Shown in pieces: positions 53,221 through 64,000 of a DNA stretch of 64,000 nucleotides. Source of the DNA: an uncultured delta proteobacterium (GTDB lineage Bacteria > Desulfobacterota > Binatia > DP-6); NCBI GenBank assembly GCA_963815115.1, contig CAWFFN010000009.1:352001-416000 (forward strand). The letters are read 5' to 3'. Position 1 is the first letter of the stretch; each line of letters starts with the position of its first letter. The notes beneath the pieces are model-generated. The model saw nothing but the letters and a program-made list of their open reading frames with translations, had not been told where the DNA came from and did no database searches. The position numbers and the translations under genes were made by a program.

Positions 53221-53349
53221 TCTGGTCCGGGCGGACCATCACAAGCTCCTTCTCCGGCGTCGGGTGTAGCGGAGTGCCGGGTCGCCGAGCACGTTTCCCC
53301 CGTCGGGCTCGCCGCCGCCTAGATGCATCTTGCAATCGAGCGCAGATGG

Positions 53350-53757
53350 TCAGTGCGAGGAAGGCGGGGCAGTCTGCAAGGAGCGCACGTAGCTCGCGAT
53401 GGAGACGACCTTCGCGTGCATCGCGAGCTGCTGCTCGGGCGAGGAGTGATCCGTCCGAAACACCTCGCCCCACACCGGCATTTCGGACAGACCGTGCGCG
53501 CGCACCGTGCGAGTTCCATCAATCGCTTCGACGACGGCTGGCAGAGGAAACTGGCCCCCATTTGCAGCGGCGATCTGCGTCAGATTCGTGGGCTGCTGCC
53601 CCAGTGCGGGCGCCACGAACCCGTCCCCTTGCCCACTTCGGCCGTGGCAGGCGGCGCAATAGCGCAGATAGAGCGTCCGGCCCGTCTGGTCGGCCGCGTA
53701 CACCGTTACGACGGAGCACAGGGCCAGCATCACAGTCATTGAGAGCGTCCTGAGCAT
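53350..53757 (-). CDS. Monoheme cytochrome c
   Basis: Signal peptide, CAACH, MPVWG. Confidence 0.92.
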   Translation of the reverse strand: MLRTLSMTVMLALCSVVTVYAADQTGRTLYLRYCAACHGRSGQGDGFVAPALGQQPTNLTQIAAANGGQFPLPAVVEAIDGTRTVRAHGLSEMPVWGEVFRTDHSSPEQQLAMHAKVVSIASYVRSLQTAPPSSH

Positions 53758-53779
53758 CGTGAGGTCACCTCGATCGGCT

Positions 53780-53960
53780 GGTATTGCAAAGAGCGTTGCC
53801 AGTTGTCGAACCACCGGCGTCGGCCGGTGGGGTCTGCGGCGAGCGCGTCTGTGAGCAGCTCGCGCAGCAGCCCCGACCTCGTCACGCGGCGGGCAGGGTG
53901 GCGCTCCCGTTCGCGCTTGACCATCGCGTCGATGGCACCAAAAAGGCTACCCATCCGCGA
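53780..53960 (-). CDS. Small RHH-like protein
   Basis: AIDAMV...VTRSGLLRELL. Limits approximate. Confidence 0.4.
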
Positions 53961-54035
53961 GGTCGCGGAACAGGATCCCCCGGGCGCGTCACGGCGTGCT
54001 CTGCTCTGGGTCGGCGGCTAGCACAGCCTCCACCA

Positions 54036-54338
54036 TCAGGGCGAATCGTCGTCCCATTTCGCCCCTTGCGCGTCAGCCCGGCGGCAGAACTCGCGCCAGA
54101 TGTAGTCCGACAACTCCGTTTCTGGATCCAACCATGGCCTGAATTCGCGCGCCCGTTCAGGACGTTGCAACAGCGAGTGCGTGGAGGCGCGCCACTCCTC
54201 GAGGGCGCTCACGCAGTCCCATCTCCCGTCCTCCTGGCGCGTGATCTTGCCGCACTGCTCGGCCTTGACGATGGCGGTCCGGGCCACGCCGAGCACGCGC
54301 GCCAGTGCGGCGTCGGTCTCCACGAGCGCTCTGCTCAT
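54036..54338 (-). CDS. Terminase small subunit-like HTH protein
   Basis: TDAALARVLGVARTAIVKA...G.I...DGRWD....EEW; cos-like motif upstream. Confidence 0.55.
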   Translation of the reverse strand: MSRALVETDAALARVLGVARTAIVKAEQCGKITRQEDGRWDCVSALEEWRASTHSLLQRPERAREFRPWLDPETELSDYIWREFCRRADAQGAKWDDDSP

Positions 54339-54596
54339 CGGGGTGACACCTTTTCGTGGAACATGCGCTGCCATCAATCGTCCCGCAACGCGAGCACGGT
54401 CAATCCTTTACATCCGCCGAGCGGTCGGTCGTGACACCCCGATTTTGGGGGTGAAATAGGGTCGAACGCCGCGCGCCCACGCCCCGCATCGCTTCGGGCC
54501 TCCTGGAAGGACCCGCCGGGACGCTTTTTTTTCTCGGCCTCTTACCCCTTTGGCGGCTCTAGAGGGCTCCCAGCCCAAGGCGCGCCCAGCAGCCTA

Positions 54597-55090
54597 TCAA
54601 GCCCTGCCTCCTGTTGTCCGACCGTCGATGGGTGCGGGGGATGTCCCGGAACCTGCACGGGGCGCCGAGGCGGCCGCAAAGGAGCTCATCCGGGAGTCGC
54701 GCTCGTGTGCGCTCCGGCTACGTCCGGATCCGGCTCGCTCGACGCGACTCACCAGCGGAGCGGCCGCGAGGGCAAGCACGGCCACCAAGCCGACGATACC
54801 GAGAGCGAGGCGCACACCGGAGCCCTCACGTGGCTGGCCGCGCACGATACACACGATCCACTTCCAATGCAGGAGTACGTGCACCGACAGCGCCCAGGAG
54901 CGCCGCGGCCATCCAGAAGTGGACGCCGCCCCAGTCGTGGCGGTCGAGCCCCCAGATCGTCATGCGGTGGCCACTCCCTGGCGGCAGAACGAAGCGGAGC
55001 AGGACGCCGCTCGCGGTCATGAAAACGAAGCCGCAGAAGGCGATCGCGTCGACGACGAAGTTGAGCGCGGGGCGTCTCACAAGCGCCAGG
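54597..55090 (-). CDS. DUF4405-like cytochrome b membrane protein (frameshifted)
   Basis: NFVVD...SG.LL...WGLDRHDWGGVHFW / HVLLHWKWI. Confidence 0.7.
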
Positions 55091-55202
55091 ACATCTTCTT
55101 CGCAACGCCCGGCGGGGCAAGTCGCCCTGCGTGGCCTCACCGCGGACGTCGACGGCGGCGTCGCGCTTGCGGCGCGCGCCACGGAAGAGGTACGCGACGC
55201 GG

Positions 55203-55919
55203 CTAGCGAGCGCCCGTTCGAGTTGCCGGGAGCGCCATTGGTCGCGCGTCTGGGCCGCGCAGGTGCTCACGCGCGCGCTGGGCACGATTGATCCACGCCG
55301 CACGTCCGCGAAGCAGCAGAAGCCCCGAGGCGACGACGACCGCGGCAAGGTAGACACCCCGCATCCACCCCAGGTGGGTGTCGCTTCCCGCGAGGACGCC
55401 ATGAGCGGTCGCCAGGACGAAGACGACGAAGGTGAGGTGGTGCAACCGCCTCCAGGTTCGCGCGCCAATGCGGTGGCGCAGCTGGAAGCTCACCTGCACG
55501 ACGACGGCCAGAAAGGTGGCGAAGACACCGAGGGCGACAGCAGTGGGACGGTACGGCGCGATGAAGGGCACGAGCGCATCCAGGACATCGAAGCGCACGA
55601 AGCCGTCTCCCGTGAGCAGCAGCGCGTGGGTCGCCACCAACATGAGCGTGACGCTGGAGAGCCAGCGATGCACGTCGACGCTCCGGGCGCGGGAGATCCA
55701 GCCATCCGCGGCGCCGGTGGAAAGGAAGAGACCGAAGGTCACGTCGAGTGCGAGCGCGACGAACGCCGTCACCCCAGCTGCGCGGGAGGCTGCCCAGAGA
55801 AACGGGCCCGTGCTTCGCGGCATGACGCCTGCGACGAGGCCCGCCCGTGCGGCCAGCGCGTCCGCCACGGCGAGCAGCGCGAGGCCCACCACGACCCCCG
55901 TGACGGTGGCGCTACGCAT
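55203..55919 (-). CDS. Ferric reductase-like (MsrQ-like) heme membrane protein
   Basis: SRAAG, VHRWLS, H..L, WRRLHHL, AHG...GSD. Confidence 0.88.
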   Translation of the reverse strand: MRSATVTGVVVGLALLAVADALAARAGLVAGVMPRSTGPFLWAASRAAGVTAFVALALDVTFGLFLSTGAADGWISRARSVDVHRWLSSVTLMLVATHALLLTGDGFVRFDVLDALVPFIAPYRPTAVALGVFATFLAVVVQVSFQLRHRIGARTWRRLHHLTFVVFVLATAHGVLAGSDTHLGWMRGVYLAAVVVASGLLLLRGRAAWINRAQRAREHLRGPDARPMALPATRTGAR

Positions 55920-56811
55920 CGCACACCACGACGTCGCCCAGCAGTTCGACGCCGCCGGTCTGCTTCACGAGCACTGCGCCGACCTCGCGCATGCGCGCGA
56001 GAAAACACCGCGCCGCTCGGCTGCCGAGAATGAAGGCCGTCTTGGCGAGCACGTCGGCGAGCTCCGTGCTTCTGGCGACGACGGTTACCTGTGCCAGGTC
56101 GGAGTCGGCGGATCGCCGTGCGCGCGGATCGATCAGGTGGTGCGCTTGCCTGGTCCCGACTCTCCACCGGCGCCGATTCGGTGCGCTGGTGGCAACGGCG
56201 CGATCGCGCACGCGCAGCGCCAGGACGACGCGGCCGGGGTCGAAGGGATCCTCGACCTCGACGACCCAGCCGGCGCCATCGGGTCCGTCGCCGCGGGCGA
56301 GCGCATCGCCGCCGGCGTCGATGAAGCCCGGCACGGGAACGAGCGATCCCGCGAGGTCGACGGTGCGGCCCTTCACGAACCCGCCGAGATCGATCTGGAG
56401 GTCCGGCGGGCGACACACGGTGCCGGTCGTCTCATCGAGCACGACATCGAGGATGCTCAGAGGCCGCGGACGGTGCCCGGTCCCCTCCCGGTCCAGCGCG
56501 CCCGGTGAGAACGACCGGTCGTAGCCCAGTGCAAGGAGCGCCGCACCGACGGCGGGATCGAACACGCCCCCGGTGAGCATGGTGTAATGGTGCGTGCGGC
56601 GCAGGACGCCGAACATCTCCGCCGACACCGTCACCGGACCCGTCGCGCGGTTGACACGTGACAGCTCGCTGTCGGGGCGGAACCGGCTAAACCTGCGCTC
56701 GCTGGCGGTGAAGACCGCGGCGACGCGGCGGGCGACGGCCTGTTCGTCGGCCGGGGAGAGTCGGGGCGCCGCGACGGTGACGTCGGTATTCATGGCCCGG
56801 AATGTCGGCAT
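55912..56811 (-). CDS. apbE: FAD:protein FMN transferase
   Basis: AMNT, SRF...SELSR.N, TGG.FDP, DLGGFVKG, GGD, ATS, HHLIDPR, ADVLAK. Confidence 0.93.
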   Translation of the reverse strand: MPTFRAMNTDVTVAAPRLSPADEQAVARRVAAVFTASERRFSRFRPDSELSRVNRATGPVTVSAEMFGVLRRTHHYTMLTGGVFDPAVGAALLALGYDRSFSPGALDREGTGHRPRPLSILDVVLDETTGTVCRPPDLQIDLGGFVKGRTVDLAGSLVPVPGFIDAGGDALARGDGPDGAGWVVEVEDPFDPGRVVLALRVRDRAVATSAPNRRRWRVGTRQAHHLIDPRARRSADSDLAQVTVVARSTELADVLAKTAFILGSRAARCFLARMREVGAVLVKQTGGVELLGDVVVCDA

Positions 56812-57146
56812 CACGAGCTCCGCGTCCGGATCCGCACCGGGCGCGACCGGGTGGCACGCACCAGGGTCGGTGTCGGCTCGCGCGCGACCGGTCCCGCAAC
56901 CGTCCAGCCGGCCGGCAGTTGCACGGTCGGGCGTCGCGACGGGGGAATATCGGCGAGCCAGACGAACTGGACGTCGTCCCGAGCGGCCGCGGATTGCCGG
57001 CTCGACGGCGGTGGTGCCGCGTCCTGCAAGGTTGGCTGCACGGCGAACCACGCCAGCAGATACGTGCTCGCCAGTCCCGCGGTCAGCAGGAGACGCCATT
57101 CGAGGGGAGACAGGTCGAGGCGCGGTTCGGGTCGGTCAGTCTTCAT
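56811..57146 (-). CDS. Small membrane-anchored protein ending in RIRTRSS
   Basis: One TM; stop overlaps the apbE start. Confidence 0.65.
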   Translation of the reverse strand: MKTDRPEPRLDLSPLEWRLLLTAGLASTYLLAWFAVQPTLQDAAPPPSSRQSAAARDDVQFVWLADIPPSRRPTVQLPAGWTVAGPVAREPTPTLVRATRSRPVRIRTRSS

Positions 57147-57468
57147 CGTCGTCCTCGTGATGGACCGCGCGCGGACGGGTGCCGGCTGATGCGAGCCGCG
57201 TGTGCGTGGGAGCCGGTGACTGGACACCTCGCGCTGCGGGCGGTGCCGGTTGGACCGGCACCAGGACCACCGGAGACACCTGGTCCGGTGGACTGGAGTC
57301 CGCTATCGGCGCGTTCACCGCGCCCGTCTCGAGGGGCTCGAGCTGCCGCGGCGGGTGAACGTAGCCAAGCAGCGCGCCCAGCGTGACGCCGATGGCCAAG
57401 GTGACGGATGCCGAGGCGACGGCGATCGCCAGCCCAAGGCGTGGGTTCAGGGGTCCTTCTCGTTCCAT
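57136..57468 (-). CDS. Small membrane-anchored protein with acidic tail
   Basis: RBS ggagg, N-terminal TM, HHEDDDED end. Confidence 0.65.
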   Translation of the reverse strand: MEREGPLNPRLGLAIAVASASVTLAIGVTLGALLGYVHPPRQLEPLETGAVNAPIADSSPPDQVSPVVLVPVQPAPPAARGVQSPAPTHTRLASAGTRPRAVHHEDDDED

Positions 57469-57541
57469 GACGATCCTCCATTGGTCGCGAGTTCTTCATT
57501 GCGATACATCCTTCGAGGCCCTGGCTCCGTCCATTCCACGG

Positions 57542-58132
57542 ATGTCAGAGACGAACGACTTCCAAGGGTTGCCGCGCGTGGATCGTACGGATGACAGAAG
57601 CGAACGGAGCCTGACGGCCGGCCTGACCGCGGTCTTCGCGCTGGTAGCGGTGCTGACCGCCGTGGACCTGGCCACGGACGTGAGGGAAGGCACGTGGCTG
57701 CGCCACGTCCTGATCGAAGGGTCCGTCACGCTCGTCGGGCTCACGGGGTTCGTGTGGATGGCTCTGCGGTTCCGCGCGATCTCGTCGCGGGCGCGCCGCC
57801 TCGCCGAGCATGCGCAACATCTGGAGCAGTCCCTCGAAGCTTCACGCCGCGAGGCCGAGAAATGGCGCCGCGAGGCGGGGGATCTCATTGCGGGACTGAG
57901 CCAGGCCATCGACCGCCAGCTCGAGCGCTGGGGGCTCTCGGCGGCCGAGAAGGAGGTGGCACTCCTGCTCCTGAAGGGTCTGAGCCACAAGGAGATCGCC
58001 GGAATACGCGGCGTGGGTGAGGCCACGGTCCGCCAGCAGGCGATGGCGCTCTACCGCAAGGCGGGACTCGAGGGACGCCACGACCTCGCGGCGTTCTTCC
58101 TGGAGGATCTGCTGGAACCGCAATCGCGCTAG
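57542..58132 (+). CDS. Membrane-anchored LuxR-family regulator
   Basis: Two TM, coiled coil, LSAAEKEVALLLLKGLSHKEIA...TVRQQ..LYRKAG. Confidence 0.9.
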   Translation: MSETNDFQGLPRVDRTDDRSERSLTAGLTAVFALVAVLTAVDLATDVREGTWLRHVLIEGSVTLVGLTGFVWMALRFRAISSRARRLAEHAQHLEQSLEASRREAEKWRREAGDLIAGLSQAIDRQLERWGLSAAEKEVALLLLKGLSHKEIAGIRGVGEATVRQQAMALYRKAGLEGRHDLAAFFLEDLLEPQSR

Positions 58133-58208
58133 CGTCTGGATCCGCGGGACGGCGAAGCGCCCGCTCTACGGCCGTCCGCGCCGGACTCGAGCGCGTGTCG
58201 GTCGTACG

Positions 58209-59417
58209 TCATGGGCCAGGGCGCGGTCGCACGCGCACCCCGTCGGCGATGGCGTCGCTCGGGTAGACCACCACCTGGCTGCCTTCAGCGAGCCCCGTGT
58301 CGATCACGGACTCGCGCTCGCCGCGCGCGCCGACCGCCACGGCGCGCCGCCGCGCCCGGCCGCCCTCGACGACGTAGGCGGCCCACCCGTCGCCGTCGCG
58401 GAACAGCGCTCCGGACGGCGCGACCAGGGCATCGTCCCGCTCCTCGACGGTGATCCGTGCATCGACCCGGAACCCGTCGCCCAGAGACCGCCAGCGCTCC
58501 GCGGGCGAGACGATGTCGACCACCACGTTGACGCGTTGCTCCTCCACCCCGAGCGCCGACAGCTTCGTGAAGCCGGACGGCTCCACGAGCCGCACCCGCC
58601 CCTCGAGCGGCATGTCTCCGCCCCAGCGCTCGATCGACACGCGTGCCCCGGGCGCGACCCGGACGGCGTCCACCGTCAGCAGGTCCACGACGACTTCGAT
58701 GTCGTTGGGGTCGGCAAGCTCGAGCAGCGGGGTGCCCGCGCTGACGACCGCCTCGCTCTCCTGGAGGACGCGCAGCACGCGGCCCTGCACCGGCGAGCGG
58801 ATCTCCCACGGCTCGCCGCTTGCCCCCGATTCCCGCCGCGGGTCGCGCAACCGGAGCAGCGCGGTGCGCGCCATCTCGAGCTCGTGCTCGGCCAGGTGGT
58901 GTCCGAACTCCGCGGCGGCCATCTCCTTGATGCGCATGTCCACTGCGAGCTGCGCGCGCTCGATGTCGGTCTGTGAGAGGCCGGCCGCCGTCGAGAGCCT
59001 CTGGACACGAGCCAGTTCCACTTGCTCCTGGGCGAGGTTGATGCGCGTCCGCTCGAGCACCGCCGCGGCTCGCCTGGCCGTGGCTTCCGCCGCCCCGACG
59101 CGCTCGCCGAGCTCCTGACGCGACCGGGCGTCGAGCAGCGTGGGCGCCGTGGGAACGATGGACAGTAGAAGCTCCCCGCGCGACACCTCCTCTCCTGCAT
59201 GCCGGTCGACGCGGAGGACCGTCCCCATCACCGGCGCCGAGACGACGTAGCGCTCACGCACCCGCGTCGTGCCGTCCTCCTCGACCGTGAGCTCGAAGCG
59301 GCCGCGCTTCACCGTGGCAACGTCCACCGGGACGCTGCGAGGCCACAGCAGGGCGGCCGCGATCGCCATCCCGAGGAGACCCGCCACGACGAGCAGGAAT
59401 CTGCCGAAGTGTCGCAT
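58209..59417 (-). CDS. Efflux periplasmic adaptor (HlyD/MFP)
   Basis: VSAPV.G, IRSPVQGRV, SALGVEEQRV. Confidence 0.92.
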   Translation of the reverse strand: MRHFGRFLLVVAGLLGMAIAAALLWPRSVPVDVATVKRGRFELTVEEDGTTRVRERYVVSAPVMGTVLRVDRHAGEEVSRGELLLSIVPTAPTLLDARSRQELGERVGAAEATARRAAAVLERTRINLAQEQVELARVQRLSTAAGLSQTDIERAQLAVDMRIKEMAAAEFGHHLAEHELEMARTALLRLRDPRRESGASGEPWEIRSPVQGRVLRVLQESEAVVSAGTPLLELADPNDIEVVVDLLTVDAVRVAPGARVSIERWGGDMPLEGRVRLVEPSGFTKLSALGVEEQRVNVVVDIVSPAERWRSLGDGFRVDARITVEERDDALVAPSGALFRDGDGWAAYVVEGGRARRRAVAVGARGERESVIDTGLAEGSQVVVYPSDAIADGVRVRPRPGP

Positions 59418-59423
59418 CGCTCC

Positions 59424-62515
<3,092 letters not shown>

Positions 62516-62722
62516 CGCCCGGCGATCAGGCCAGAGCACCGCCCCGCCGGTCAAACCCGGTCGGTCGATTCTCGGCGATGCGACGCTTCGCGCGATCGGT
62601 TCGACGTGCATCAGGGCACGGCCCGGGATCCAGCGTCATCGACACGGAGGTGTCCTGGTTGAGTAACTCCCCGGGCTGCGCCGTCGACACCAAGCTGGCA
62701 CTAGCTGATATATGCCGATCCC

Positions 62723-63112
62723 ATGGTCCGACTCCTCGCTGCTCTCGGACTGCTCCTCGCCGGTTGCGCGCACGAACCGAACTATCCGCGGCACGGGGAA
62801 GCGATGTACGTCCGGTACTGCGCGTCCTGTCACGGGGTCACGGGGAAAGGCGATGGGCCCGCCGCCGCGCTGTCGCCTCCGCCGACGGACCTCACGAAGT
62901 CCGACCTGAGTCTCGCCGAGTTGATGAAGGTGATCGACGGCCGCCGCACCGTACGTGCCCACGGCACGGCGGCGATGCCGGTGTGGGGTGAGGTGTTCGA
63001 GCAGACGGCGGCGGATCCGGGACGCGAGCATCGCCAGGCCCTGCGGGACGTGCAGGCGGTGGCGGAGTACGTCCAGGCGCTCCAGGCGCGCGCCAGGCAA
63101 GGGGGGACGTGA
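62723..63112 (+). CDS. Monoheme cytochrome c lipoprotein
   Basis: LAGC lipobox, CASCH, MPVWG. Confidence 0.92.
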   Translation: MVRLLAALGLLLAGCAHEPNYPRHGEAMYVRYCASCHGVTGKGDGPAAALSPPPTDLTKSDLSLAELMKVIDGRRTVRAHGTAAMPVWGEVFEQTAADPGREHRQALRDVQAVAEYVQALQARARQGGT

Positions 63113-63114
63113 CG

Positions 63115-63445
63115 CGGTTAGCGAGCAGCCTGCTCGGGTTCGCCGGAATCGCCATCGGTCGAGCACCTTGACGACCTCGAGCCACCCGACGCTCGCGATC
63201 CCAGCGGCGAAGCAGAGCGATGTCGGGAGGATGCAGCGGGGAGATGCGGAACAGCGTCCGCAGGACGGGAACGTAGAGGACCAGACCGACCAGGAGGAAT
63301 GTCCGCCGACGATCCACGAGAGGGCGCGGTTCGGCACCCGCATGGCTTCGAACGCGGGGCGGGTCGAGGACCGGTTCACGAAGATCAGGCCGAGGTTCGC
63401 GACGATGAGGGTGGTGAAGCCGACGGCGCGCGCGTTCGCCCGGCA
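63115..63445 (-). pseudogene. P-type ATPase C-terminal fragment
   Basis: ARAVGFTTLIVANLGLIFVNRS...NRALSWI...LYVPVLRTLF across frameshifts. Confidence 0.65.
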
Positions 63446-63500
63446 CGGCCGGCGGTAAGCAGCCGACCGGGCAGGTCGCTCGATTCCTAGGAGCGGAGGA

Positions 63501-64000
63501 TCACTTCATGACGCAGTTGACCGTTGACTCGACAACGAGGCCGCCGCCAACGGTCAGGATCGCGCCCGTCACCTGCGGCGGAGTCCCCTGGATGAATGCC
63601 GCGGCGATCGCCGTGGCGCCGGCGGCGATGTCTCCGCCGTCGCTGTCGAAGTCGAACTGTGCCTCGTTGCCGATGGTCGGGCGCGCCGGCGCGGTGGCGA
63701 TGTTGCCGCCCGAGATCGCGCGCGCCTGATAGCTGCCGACGGCGAGGTTGTTGCCGTCGACCGAGATCTTCGAACGATTCGCCCGCTGCTCGCACTTGAC
63801 GATCACGGTGGCGCTCGCTGACGGCGGTGGGAACGACGTGCAAGGATTCGGGGTGCAGGTGCCCGTCCCCGCGTTGATACCACCCTCGACGGCGCACGCC
63901 GCGGAGGTTCGGTCGTCGCAACTCGGGCCGCTGTCGTCCGCGAGGCAGCACTGAATGTCGTCGTTCGCGGGCGCTACGGACGACCCACAGGGGTTCGGGA
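63501..64000 (-). CDS. Cys-containing secreted-type protein, C-terminal part (runs off the window)
   Basis: Open frame CEDRTSAACAVEGG...CTPNPC...VKCEQRANRSKISVDG. Confidence 0.65.
   Translation of the reverse strand, partial: PNPCGSSVAPANDDIQCCLADDSGPSCDDRTSAACAVEGGINAGTGTCTPNPCTSFPPPSASATVIVKCEQRANRSKISVDGNNLAVGSYQARAISGGNIATAPARPTIGNEAQFDFDSDGGDIAAGATAIAAAFIQGTPPQVTGAILTVGGGLVVESTVNCVMK

Overview
GC-rich bacterial accessory region: a mosaic of nested mobile elements, truncated genes and cargo modules. The many secreted Cys-rich proteins with poly-Thr linkers suggest an uncultured Binatia/Deltaproteobacteria-like genome (inference only). Main contents: (1) two copies of an IS110 recombinase whose upstream non-coding region carries two guide-like 8-mers ending in the AG core, one matching each element junction (bridge-RNA-like); (2) a ~90-bp module in four copies, next to those IS110s and at several gene-truncation breakpoints; (3) a membrane-sensor/stand-alone regulator pair with a repeated palindromic operator upstream of a secreted-protein cluster; (4) an island between tRNA- and tmRNA-like att remnants, with serine and tyrosine recombinases, three HEPN-like genes, a 130-bp structured direct repeat and phage remnants; (5) an mddA-tetR-hydrolase/glycosyltransferase operon; (6) a G8/TMEM2-like protein; (7) IS630 nested in IS3; (8) a lambda-like cosQ/cosN motif upstream of a TerS-like gene; (9) an ApbE/ferric-reductase-like module and an ABC exporter. 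Many small indels look like uncorrected long-read errors, so calls based only on frameshifts are uncertain. No CRISPR array, rRNA or complete tRNA was seen. All product calls come from motif recognition by eye, not database searches.
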